Shown piece after piece: positions 50,985 to 62,769 of a stretch of DNA of 64,000 bases. Below the pieces are notes generated by a model. It was not told the origin of the DNA. It saw nothing but the letters and a program-made list of their open reading frames with translations, and ran no database searches. The position numbers and the translations under genes are program-made. Positions within the stretch are counted from its first letter, which is position 1; every line of letters begins with the position of its first letter. Origin of the DNA: Mobula hypostoma (Eukaryota); the NCBI RefSeq assembly GCF_963921235.1, contig NC_086097.1, positions 77,440,001 through 77,504,000 of the forward strand. The letters are read 5' to 3'.

Positions 50985-51845
50985 CTCCTGCCAGATGGCA
51001 AAAATAAGAGGAGGCATTGCCTGGAGGGTGAGGTACTTAATGATGCATGTCAGCTTCCTGAGACATCAACACTTGTAGATATCCCTGATGGTGGGGAGAG
51101 CTGTACCTGTGATGGAACTGGCTGAGTACACCTCTCTCCAGAGCTTCTTGTGTTCCTGTGCATTGGAATCTCAATACAAGGCCTTGATACAACCAGGCAA
51201 AATGCTTTCCACTGTACATCTGCAGAAGTTAGCCAAAGTCTTCAATGACACGCTGAACCTCCTTAAACTTCTAAGAAAGGAGAGCTGTTGCTGGTGTAGC
51301 TTCATCTTTGCATCTATATGCCAGGGTCAGGATAGATCCTCTGACACCCAGGAGCATGAAGCTGCTTACCCTTTCCACCAAGGACTGGTGGTAGTTTGCC
51401 TGACTTCTCTTCTGGAAGTCAATTATCAGTTCCTTGCTTTTGCTGATGTTGAGTGGAGTTTGTTGATACGACACCACTCAACCAGCTGACCTATTTCATT
51501 CCTCTCTGCCTCTTTGTCACCATCCACTATTGCACCAATAACAATGGTACCATCATTGAATTTGTGCAACGTGTTGAACCAATGATTAGGTGCAGAGAGA
51601 ACGATGCAGGGGCTAAGCCCTCAGCTCTACGATGCGCCCATGTTAATGGCCAGTGAGGCAGTGATGAGGTTTCTGATCTACATTGTAGCCTCCCACTGAG
51701 GAGGTCTAGGATCCAGTTGTAAAGTGGGGGTACAGAGGCACCAGTTTTGGAGCTTGATAAGTTTCTGAGGGGATGATTCTGCTCAAGCTGTAATCAATGA
51801 GCAACAACCTGACACATGTGTTCAAATTGTCCAGGTAGTCAGTGA
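50985..51845 (-). mobile_element. Older Rex1/Babar RT fragment
   Basis: VRLLLIDYS, LNISKSKELIIDFQK, VESILPGCIKALY. Confidence 0.8.
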
Positions 51846-51904
51846 GATAGTACCTGCTGATGGCACTCAACCAGCTATGCCAACAGGGCCTGACATCTTG
51901 CAAG

Positions 51905-52215
51905 AGTTCACCCTCCTGAGGGACTTTACCTCTTACCAGAAACCAACATTCTCTAGTTTTAGAATCTTCTGCTGTGGTGAAAGATATCCTAATACCTACT
52001 CTATCTATGCCACCCAAAATTTTGTAGATTTCTGTCAGATTTCTACCCCCATCCCTTCCACGTGCAACTGCAACTCAGCTTATTCCACTCCAGAGAATCC
52101 AGTCTTCCCTCCATACTCTAACCAGGCAACATCAAGGTGCATCTCCTCTGTATCTTCTCCAGAGACATCACGTCCTTCTGATAGTGCAGTGCCTAGAAAT
52201 GCATAGCATACCCTA
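51905..52215 (-). mobile_element. Old CR1 fragment
   Basis: GIDRVGI...SKTRE on the minus strand; decayed. Confidence 0.5.
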
Positions 52216-52639
52216 GCAAATGACGCACTTACTGATGCACTTTAAAGCAATGCATCAGTAGCCAATCGCTCACATTCTAAATTTGGCAGTCAAAATGTCA
52301 CACGCACTATTGCACTGCTGGAGTACGACACACAGTTCTGGGTACTGCATATACTTGGGAACTGAACAAATGCAGGTCCCAAAAACCTTTCAACGTGTTT
52401 TCCCGGGGCTGACAGTGCCAGAACACAATCACTGTCTACCTACATTAATCTGGGTTGGATACGGGGGATAAACTTGCTGGGGTCCCCCTGGCCCTTCAGA
52501 TGATAATAGGGCCCTGGATGGTATGGTGCAGAAGCTCTTCCTCTGCTAGCATAGGGCAGCTTTTCCCAGCTGCTAAAGCTGTAATAGGTTTTAGTAATTG
52601 TTAAAAATTCCTGACTTGCAGAGACATTTAATGATTATT

Positions 52640-53425
52640 AATTCTAATCTAAGGGAAAGATACCCCCAAGGGTGCCCGAGAGGTGGGGGGGGGGGAGGAT
52701 GAGCACCCCAGTCGGATGGACACAACGACATCAGACCCAAACAATGAACAAACGATGATGAGGAAGCAGTGTGCATGTAGCAAAATCTGCAAGAACGATC
52801 GCGGCTTGAAGATTCACCAAGCGAGGATGAAGTGTTTGGTGGGAGCAGGAGCAGCACAACGCGCAGGTGTCCAACCTGGTGAGACGAAGAAGGGGCCAGG
52901 CCCAGAGTCATCCCATACTGCCCGGAACCTCCAAGTGTTGCAAACTAATCCCTCTAACATGAAGTCTAACAGGAGGCGGATCAAATGGCCTGCAGCTAAC
53001 ATGACTTCACTGTGGAAGCAGTTTGATGAAGATGTTAACCAGATTCTGGAGGCAATGGCAAAGGGAGGGGTTGATAGGAAGCTGCAAGCCATGACAACAA
53101 TTATTGTCAGTATCGCAGCTGAACAGTTATTCGTATCCCGTTCCTTAGAGCCTTCAGCATTTTGGGCATTGAGGGAGAGAGGAAGAGGAGAGCCATCCAC
53201 AGTACCACCGATGCGGCAGAGAGGGTCTCAAGATGGCTGTGGCTCAAAAGAGGGGAGCCATGGAGTCATAAGTAGCTAGCCATCTGGACACAAGCTGGGG
53301 TCTGATCAGCCCCGGCTGGGTCACCTGGAGGAGGTTGTATGATGTTGAAAGACCTGAAACACCCGATGATTCCAGGAACATCACTGAAGATGTGTCCAGA
53401 AGCATCAATAGATGTATGTACACAG
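52640..53425 (+). mobile_element. Hero-clade (R2-group, RLE) non-LTR retrotransposon, internally deleted
   Basis: N-terminal zinc finger CACSKICKNDRGLKIHQARMKC and RIKWP joined at ~53130 to the C-terminus RAFSILGIEGERKRRAIHSTTDAAERVSRWLWLKRGEPWSHK* (stop 53273-75) and 3' UTR. Confidence 0.85.
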
Positions 53426-53914
53426 CAAACTAAATATTTCAATAAGGAAAATTAACATGATTTAAAAAACCACAGCAAAAAAAAATTGAAAACATTAATT
53501 TAATGCAAAGTAAAAGACCATCTCCTTTAGCTCCTAATCTTTTCCTATATCATGTCTAAGTATAGAATGCAATGGCAATAATCCAGCTGGAGTTCAGCAG
53601 CACAAGCAAATTGACATCTTTGACATCCCAAATCTGTCAGCAATTCTTGCTTATCCATGTCTTAAAGAGCATCTTTGAAACTTTGAGACCCACAACCATT
53701 GGAACAATGAGCAGTTCCAGACAGAACTGCCAGCAAATTCAACACAATCCAGACCATTAAGTTTTGTAAGGAAACATTTGCCTTACACCATTCCAGACAC
53801 AACATGAGTTAATTGAGATACCATGGTGTTTTGGAACATGGATGCAATTTACATATTTGCACCAGATCGCTCTTCTCAGCAGCAGCAGAGACTTGAAGTG
53901 ATATAAGCTACAAG

Positions 53915-54695
53915 CAGGAGAAATTCTGCAGATGCTAGAAATCCAAAGCAATGCACACAAAATGCTAGAGGAACTCAGCAGGGCAGCAGCTGTGGGAATG
54001 ATTAAACAGTGGATGTTTCCGGCCAAGGCCCTGCATCAGGACTGGAAAGGAAGGGGTAAGGAGTCAGAATAAGAGGTGTGGGGGAGGGGAAGGGAGGAAG
54101 ATGTACAAGGTAAAAGGGGAGGAAGAAGTATATGGTAGCTCAACATAGATTTGCAGAACATTTCATCAAGACCAGATATAGATTGGGAGACCTCTTTGTT
54201 GAGCAACCTAGCTCTGTCTGCCACAAAAAGCGAGTTTTCCGGTAGCCATCCATTTCAATTTTACTTCTCATTCCCATTCCCAGTCCATAGCCTCCTCTAC
54301 TGCCGTGATGAGGCCACATTCAGGTTGGAGGAACAACACCTGATATTCTGTCTTGGTTGCCTCCAACAGATGGCATGAATATTGATTTCTCAAACTTCCA
54401 GTAGTTGCCACACCTCCACTCCTTCACTATTCCCCATTCTTGTTTCCCTTTCACCTCCTTCTCCTCTTACCTGCCCATCACCTCCCTTTCTTCCATAATC
54501 TTCTGTCCTCTCCTATCAGGTTTCCCCCATCACCAGCCCTTTATCACTTTCACCAACTAACTACCCAGCTCTTTGCTTCGTCCCCTCCCCCTCTTCTGGT
54601 TTCACCTATCACCTGCCATTTTGTACTTCTTCCTGCCCTCCCCCACCTTCTTATTCTGATCCCTTCACCCTTCCTTTCCAGTCCTGATGAAGGGT
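53915..54695 (+). mobile_element. Penelope-like element: GIY-YIG C-terminus and pseudo-LTR, with an inverted pseudo-LTR at the 5' side
   Basis: RLGDLFVEQ, PVAIHFN, LEEQHLIFCLG, GMNIDF; ends cagtcctgatgaaggg; inverted copy at 53915-~54130. Confidence 0.85.
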
Positions 54696-55429
54696 GTGAT
54701 GCAAGATAGGTATTATATGCACACCAGAAATCCACAGCAAATCCAAAAGGTATAATAGTTAATTTACATCGTAATCTAGTTATAAGGTGGTTCTTGAGGA
54801 TGATTGATAAGATTACACTCTTCTATTCAATTCCATTGTAAATCTAACTGTGGGACACTAACTCATGAATAGTTTTGAATAACCTCACATCTGAGAGGGT
54901 AGAGATCACAGATCAGTTTAGTACTTCCATCAATAAAAAGGCACAGGCACCACTGAAGCACTTACACTCAACTGCACTGAGCTTGACTCAAATTCTGCCC
55001 AATAATCCTGTCTGAGGCTTGAATGTATTACTTTCTTGCTAAGTCCAGACTGACACTCAAACATGTTCTCAGATGCCATTTTTACACAGTTTAAGGGGTG
55101 ATAAACAAAAAAATCAAAACCACAAATAATTCCAAATAAACAAAATCAGAAGGCTGATGCTAATGAACCAAACTAATTCAAAAGCATCACAACTATTATA
55201 AAGGATTAACTTTTCATTTCGATGTTGGGCTTGAATTAAACAGCAGGAGTTTGTATACATTTTTTGAAGTAAAAATAGTTGAAAACAGACAACCGTGTTC
55301 TCAATGATGTCAATTATAATTTTAATTTATGATTAAGTGGAAATTTGGCAAGAATACTTTTCATCAATTACTCAGAACTTTTGGGTGACTTAACGCTTTA
55401 AAGTTTGAGTTTCTTCCTAATCGACCAAA

Positions 55430-56420
55430 GATTCAAAGGCTCATTTTATTGCCGAAGTATGCATGTACAATACAACTCTGATATTTGTCTTCTTCAGATA
55501 GCCATGAAATACAGAAAAACCACGGAGGTTGATGAAAGAAAAGACAACAACCCTCTCCCCACTTGGAAAAACTCACAAACCCTCTCATGCACAAAAAAAC
55601 CTACAGATCACCCACATGGAAAATGACAGCTGGAACACCAAGCCCTAAATGCCCCAATCTCTCCTTTGCACAAAAATCAACAGATCACCCACACAGAAGA
55701 TGGCAACCAGACCTTCAAAAACCCCAAACCACAAATCCCTCCCCGACAAAAAACAGCACCAACCGCACTAAACCCATAGCCCCTCTCTCACATACAAAAA
55801 CCAACAGATTGCTCACACAGAAAAACCAACAAGAACATCAGATCCCAAACCTCCAACCCCTCCATCACTCAAAAACCAACACATTGCCCACCCAGAACCC
55901 CCACCAATGTGAAGGAAAGCATTATAAACCACTGTCCAAAAATCAAATATCTCAGAATTTTGAAAACATCCTTCCACTAGAACTGAGGAGATCAGCACTC
56001 GTACTCAGTCCTTCTGCGAAGAATGACCACTATGTTACCGACCTGCAGCCTCCTGACCACTGTACAGCTGACCTGCGGCCTTCTAACCACTGTCAATCCA
56101 GCTACCAACCACTGTCGATCCTTGGAGAGTGGCCACGGACCTCCTCCACATTCACCTTGATGCTTCCATCTTCCTCAATGCTTCGAAATGGTGTCAATCA
56201 TGTCTCCAGTCTTCTGCATGAGGCAGCCCATGATCGCAGTCCTTTCCAGAGACAGCAGGGCCAGATCACCCAATCAAACTCCAAACTGCACATCAAAGGC
56301 TCCAGAGATCTCTGAACCACGATCAAGACAAAAAGAACAAGCAGAAGGCATAGAAAATGTGAAATAATTGAAGAGATCATCTATCTGGAAGATATCACCC
56401 AAGGAATGCCATTGTTGATG
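55430..56420 (-). mobile_element. Non-autonomous retroelement with internal degenerate minisatellites
   Basis: ttcaaagg-type tail at ~55430; 5' subterminal gatatcacccaaggaat shared with 7324-7341; ~80-bp and 30-bp internal repeats. Confidence 0.55.
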
Positions 56421-58444
56421 GAGGGGTTATTTTTGACTGTGCTCGTGTGCAGACCTTAGGTGGGGCAACTGGGTGAACGTGGCAATAGGGTATTCAAGAA
56501 TATGTATATTTTGCTCTCCTCATTGATCTTTGACCCTGACTTAGCTGGGACAACCATGGTCAGCATGGGAATCATCCCTTTTTTTGTCTGCAGTAACAGA
56601 TATTTTACTGCTGTAGCCACCACTCCTCCCCAAAGCCCAGCTCTGACACCCATATCACTTGTGCCAGAACGCAAACCGTCTGGCACATTGTGTTACTTTG
56701 CATCTGAGGAGATGCATCATCACCATCTTGTGAGCACTTTAGACCTATTCTCAGGGCAGGGCACAAAGATAAAATCAATGGGTTTCAGAAGCTCAATAAC
56801 CCTTCTGTCTTTCATGAATTGCGTGCTTAGATAAATGTTTGTCACAGTTCTTGAATGGTAACAATCATTGTTTAGTGCGAAAGATATAAACAGCAGGTGC
56901 AGTGTGTTTAATGATTAGTTTTTAAATTACAGATATAAATAACTACAAGCTTACAACCTGTAAGTCAGATCATTTGGAGGTGTGATCATTGCAATGTATC
57001 AACTCCTCATACTGAGCGTCTGGAATTCATCATGATTAACAGTAGATAACTTTTTGGGATACACATCATATAATTAAAATTTTTTAAATCATACATTAAA
57101 TATGTGCCTTTAGCCTGTTTCATAGGTCTTCTGGACATTTTCTGTTCTTGGGTTGGGTAAGTTGCACCAGTAATTCTATTTTGTTTGGTCCAAGTAGTGA
57201 ATCACTTAGGTCTGTTGGGCAAAGTGACTGCTTTGCTGACTATTTTATTCAAGTTTATGGAATCTAATTTCACAAGGTCTCAGGATAGGATAGGAACTTG
57301 TGATTTTTCGATTGCAAGCCAGGCATAATCGGCATTCCATGTCCTTGTATAAAATGTGTTTCTTGACTTCTAATTAGTTGTTCATTATGGATGAATAATA
57401 CTGGTTTCATGGTCCTGATTCACAGGAATCTCATTACATGTTGAGGCAATCTGAATTGTTATCCACTGTTCAATAATCTGCAAACAGCCACATTGGCGCT
57501 GAGGGAGGTTTACCTCTCTTTAATGTTTTCTACTTTCTTCTGAATACTTAAATGAAAGCCACATGGGAGTTAGCACTCATTAAATTGTGAATCACCATCA
57601 AAATTCGCAGCTGAGACACGGGAGAAAGGACATCTAACCTTTACGCATGTTCATTATCTTCCCAAAGACAAACCTGTAAGTGAGCCAAAGTAAATTAGTG
57701 ATGGCTACTTATCCAACCCAACCATCTATCTGCAGAACTAACTTGCCCTTCTCAAGCTTAGAAAAGCAATCAACCCCATGAATTGAGAGGAGTTATGGAG
57801 AATGCTGTTTACCTCTCCTCAGATTGCGTTACCATTCCATGGCTGCTGCAAGACGACCTTCCAGATGCAATCAGAACCGATGGATCCAACACCATCTGTA
57901 GGTACACCTACTTGAAGCGTGGCTGATTGAATCTACCTGAACACATCTAGGTGACTACATGTTCATGATCAACCAATGTAGACATTGATCAAATGTTAAA
58001 CATCTTGATAAGCAAAGCTCTGTGAAGTGTACAGGTATAACCTTGTGAGAATAGAATGACAAAGAAGAAGGGGATCTGTGTCTGATTCCCTTTGGGTTTT
58101 GGCTGTCTATAGGTGCTGGCAAGTTTTCGAAAGTGCTTATTGATCCTGGAATAGACCTCATTTTGAATCTGTGATTCTACGGCAACTTCACTGCACTTGG
58201 AAGTGCAATCACATCTTAACAAATGAGAATGTGTTTGACCACTTGGTAATTTATAAATTATGATTTTAAAACATTAGAAATTGAATCAAATAACTAACAC
58301 AGATACTGTACCATTCAGGGGAGGGGAAAGGACTGGTGCTCTGGTCACTCAGATTAGGTGGGAGAAAACAAGTCTCCGATAAAATGGGGCACTGCTATTT
58401 CAATTGTTCAGACTAAAGGAGTTTTACCTTATATGTAAGAAGAG

Positions 58445-59355
58445 ATTAGTGGTGATCTGTAGGGATCTGAACTGTGACTGCTGCTGTTTGTGATGTATGG
58501 AAACGAGCTGGATAAAAAATGGTAGATGTGTGGGTTAGTAAGTTTGCAGATGATACAAAGATTGGTGGTGTTGTGCATAGTGGAGAAGACTGGCAAAGAA
58601 TAGTTCAATAGTTCAATAGTTTCATTTTAATATGAATACAACGGGATATAGATCTGTTACAGATATGGACACAGAAATGGCAGATGGGGTTTAACCTGGT
58701 CAAGCGTGAAGTGTTGCACCTTTGTAGGTCAAATATAAAGAGACAGTACATTGTTAAGGGCAAGAACCAGAGGGATCTTGGGTTTGAAGCTCGTAACTCC
58801 CTGAAAGTGGCTACACAGGTTGTAGGGTGGTTAGCAAGACATATAACATGTTTGGCTTTATTAGCCGAGACATTGAGTTCAAAAGTTAGGAAGTTATGTT
58901 ACAGCTTTATAAAATCCTAGTTAGGCAAGATCTGGAGTATTGCATAGAGTTGTGGTTGCCCCACTATAGGAAGGATGTTGTGGCTTCGGAGAGGGTGCAG
59001 AAGAGGTTTACCAGGGTGTTGCTGTACTAGAGGGTACTGTATGTGCTATAGTGAGAGGCTGGACAAATTTGGGCTGTTTTCTCTAGAATGACAGAGGATG
59101 AGGGGAGATCGGATAGGGATTTATAAGATTATGAGAGGTATAGATAGAATAGACAGAGACTCTCTTTTTCCTAGTGTTGAAATGTCTAATAGCAAAGATC
59201 ATGCATTTAAGATGAGAAGGGGTCATATTAAAGGAGATGTGAGGGGCACGATCTGTTACACAGAGTGCTGGGTGCCTGAATGTGCTGCCTGGGGTGGTGC
59301 TAGAAGCAGACACATTAGGGACTTATAAGAGACATTTAGATAGACATATGAATGT
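58445..59355 (+). mobile_element. CR1 RT/3' fragment
   Basis: [37 protein letters not shown]. Confidence 0.9.
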
Positions 59356-59389
59356 GAGCCATTTGATTACTAATTTGTGGTGGAAGGTG

Positions 59390-60312
59390 CTATGGTGCTC
59401 CTCTAAGTGGTCCCAGAATTTGCATCAAGCCGCAGCGGGGACACTGGATGTAATAAATAACTCCAACAGACTCACAGATGAAACACTGCCTCACCCGAAA
59501 AGACTGTTCAGGGTGGTGAGGGAGGATGTGTCAGGGCAGGTGTAACACTTGGCACAGCTTCAGCGATAAGCACCAAATTCTCTAACTCCCCTCTCTTTCC
59601 TCCTCCACACCCTCATCTTTATTTTTCCTCATTCGTATGGCCCTCTATCCCCTTTTCTTCCCCCCCCACCTTTATGACCTGCCCATTAGCTTCTTCTAGT
59701 TCCTCACATCCTTCTTCTTCACACAGAGAGTGGTGAATCTGTGGAACTCTCTGCCACAGGAAACAGTTGAGGCCAGTTCATTGGCTATATTTAAGAGGGA
59801 GTTAGATATGGCCCTTGTGGCTAAAGGGATCAGGGGGTATGGAGGGAAGGCGGGTACAGGGTTCTGAGTTGGATGATCAGCCATGATCATACTGAATGGC
59901 AGTGCAGGCTCGAAGGGCCGAATGGCCTACTCCTGCACCTATTTTCTATGTTTCTATGTTTCCCTTTATTCCAATGTCTTTTGATTTCTCCCATCAGATT
60001 CCTTCCACATCAACTCTTTACCTTTTCCATCTATTACCTCCTAGTTTCTCATATTATCGCATTTCATTCCCATCTCCCTCAACCACATACCTCCCCCCCC
60101 TCAATGCATCTCGCCTATCAATTGCCAGCTTGTAAAGCTCTCCCTTCCCCAACCTTTTTATTCTGGCTTCTGACTCCTTTGTTTACAATCCTGATGAAGG
60201 GTCTTGGCTCAAAATGTCGACTGTTTATATCCCTCCATAGCTGTAGCCTGATTTGAGTTCCCTCAGCACTTTGTGTGAGTTGCTCAAGATTTCCATCATC
60301 TGCAGAATCTCT
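59390..60312. mobile_element. Penelope-like fragments (inverted internal piece plus pseudo-LTR) split by CR1
   Basis: Decayed hammerhead ctgatgaagggtcttggctcaaaatgtcgactg at 60191-60223; typical pyrimidine-rich pseudo-LTR. Confidence 0.7.
59711..59961 (+). mobile_element. CR1 3' end
   Basis: FFTQRVVNLWNSLPQ; 3' UTR similar to 860-944; (tttctatg)n tail. Confidence 0.92.
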
Positions 60313-61014
60313 TATATCCCAGTGTCAGGTGATATATCAAGTTAATTATAATCTCTTAATCACAAGTATAGGTATTTCATCACAAAATAGGAAATTCGTG
60401 TCATTGACTAACTAAAAATCCCTGCTGGTTGCTTACCTAATGACTGGTCCATTATAAATGTAGGAGAGCATTTCTACAAAGTTAGATCCCACAGGACACC
60501 AAAGCAAAGCCGGTTTAATCACTCCAAGTGCCTTTCTCAATCTTTCTTGCCAAATCACTGCACCTCATCTCCCACAACCTGCCAGCCAGAGCAGAGAGTC
60601 TGTCGAATAAGTGCAAAACTTTATCTTCTCATCACTTCCACTCCAGAAGTTAAATCACCCCAGCCCCTGTCATCAAATAACAATGCACAGATAACATTTA
60701 CAAATGTACATCACTGAAGACTGAGCTCCAGGTCTCAGCTGATTCTTTCATTGTAGCATATGAAAGAATGGGCCTCCCAGTGAACAAGCTGCTGTTGCAC
60801 AGCTCCAGGAAGCTGCATTCAGTCCTTCTCCTTGGAGATGTCTGTATGCACTTCCTATTTTTTCTCCACCACAATGTGGTTTCTTCCAGTTGTTTCATTT
60901 TCTTCTCATTTCCTGTATTCTTCGGTTACTTTAAATTGCCTTGGGTGCCGGGGAATTGGGGTTGCACATGTGACAGAGAAGAGGTTACAGAGAAATTAGT
61001 AGGAATAAGCCCAC

Positions 61015-61800
61015 ACTACATATTAAATGCTCCCAACGGTTAGCCTCTCAAATAGCCTCTGACAACCAAGTCCAGCTCATGGCCTTCATGTGTGGTTTAG
61101 CTACTAAGCCTGGCAGAACCATTTTTACTGTCAGGAGAAGGGGAAAAGGTGAGTTACTTGCACCTTAAAACCAGTAACTTTGGGCATATGGGACTTTTCA
61201 GCCATGGTTGGTGTGGTAAACCATATATATATATGTTGTAACTGAGTTACCTGTCTGGACACGCCCCTCTGCTGACTGCCCCTGTGGCTCCTCCCACAGA
61301 GCCCTGAATAAAGGTGATTTCGCCTTGCTCCTCCTCCTCAGTCCAGGGGCAGACACTCAGCATGGTGGAAGTCACATTTTACTGCGAATACAAGCCTTTC
61401 AGTATTTACCCTACTTCAGTCTTTTGGAGTAATTGAAGATGCATCAGTTGGCAGCTCATTTGGAAAAGGAAAACTCTGATCTCAAGCCTCTGCTGCCATA
61501 AGACTATACCCACTTATGGGGAAGTCTTCGGGAGTAAACCCTGAGGAAAAAAATCTGTAACGGGAGTCCCTAAGGGTGTCCAACATAGAGGTCAATGCCG
61601 AGTGGCAACATTGTTGCCAAATTGTATCGTTTTCTGCAGTTCCTTTGGATTCATCAGCTGCATTGAGGGAAGGAGGCTGCTGCATAGGAACCAGCCTGCT
61701 CTCCATCTCGTACTGCCCTGGCTTGTGTGCTAGCTCGCATATCATGTAGACAGCTAGGATGCAATATCCATGGTCGAGACCAACCAACGGAGGACCTCAA
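61015..61800 (+). mobile_element. RTE-derived non-autonomous element (host of the solo LTR)
   Basis: RTE-like 5' UTR (aaggaaaactctgatctcaa); 3' tail atccatggtc...aacgga..cct shared with the SINE at 28233-28545. Confidence 0.55.
61212..61446 (+). mobile_element. Solo LTR of the 13644-16471 Gypsy family
   Basis: tgtggtaaacc...gaagatgcatca; 5-bp TSD GTTGG (61207-11, 61447-51). Confidence 0.95.
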
Positions 61801-61874
61801 GTAGGATATAGAACTGATGGAAGTGCTTTGGGGACTGATATATATTTAATGTATGAAATGGCTACCTTCTATAT

Positions 61875-62755
61875 CAGGAGTGGGAAACCTACGGCCTGCG
61901 AGCAAATATTGGGATACTATGCTTATCTGGCCCACCAGTGATTTTTCCTTATTCTGAGTGCTTCACGCGACCACACTGATGGACATGCATGGCGTCTTGT
62001 TACACTGACCTCAGGTTCCATTTTGTTCCAAACCAAACACTGGTATATGAGAATGACGGGAAGGCAGACTACCTTATTAATATGTACTAGATACTCTCCG
62101 TGCACACATAGGTTTTCAGATGGGATCGTTCAAATTTGTAAACAGAAACAGCATCACTGTGTTTTAACAAGAAATCCACGCTAAATATCCAGATATTTAC
62201 ATGTGATGGCATCATTGTTTGGCAGCTCTGATCTGTATGAGCAATTATTTTCAAAAATGAAGCACACCAAGAACTATTTGAGAACACGATTGACTGTTGC
62301 CCATCTGGATAATGTCTTGCTCTTGGCATCAACATATCTGACACCCAATATTGAGAAGCTTTCAAGCACCAAACAGCAGCAAGTTTCACATTGATTTATT
62401 GACTGTTTGCATTAAATTTTTCTTTTTTATTATACTTAATTTACCACCATTCAATGCATCATGTTCATACGTTTTACGTTTAAAGATTCTTTGTGTCCTT
62501 TTAATAGATTCAAAAGATGCCTTGATTGAAATAAATTGCAACTAAACTGAGTTCTTTGATTACTAATTGGCATCCTTGGTTAAGCACAAATGATTTTCTA
62601 GCATATGTTATTCATTAATTTGAGGCAAAACATAACTAGATGTATTTAAATGGATAATTCCCATATTTCAAGTTTTTTTTGGCATTTATCTGGCCCACTG
62701 TCCGCTCATTAATACGCAATCTGGCCCACAGAGGCAATAAGGTTGCCGACCCCTG
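61875..62755 (+). mobile_element. Non-autonomous hAT (Charlie/SPIN-like)
   Basis: TIRs caggagtgggaaacct / aggttgccgacccctg; perfect 8-bp TSD ttctatat; C-terminal remnant SLFGSSDLYEQLFSKMKHTKNYLRTRLT...QQQVSH*. Confidence 0.93.
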
Positions 62756-62769
62756 TTCTATATTATAAG

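Noticed and set aside
56020..56095. 30-bp periodic repeat resembling a CRISPR array
   Set aside because: Whole units are similar (no unique spacers), only ~2.5 copies, no cas genes, eukaryotic context
55563..56315. 250-aa ORF
   Set aside because: A/C-rich degenerate minisatellite on the antisense strand of a repeat; low-complexity T/K/P/N peptide
56660..56687. Hairpin tgtgccag...ctggcaca
   Set aside because: Isolated 8+3-bp stem; no Helitron end, ncRNA family or second copy seen
57810..58222. Several open frames with splice-like signals on both strands
   Set aside because: No frame gives a recognisable protein; cannot be supported without a homology search
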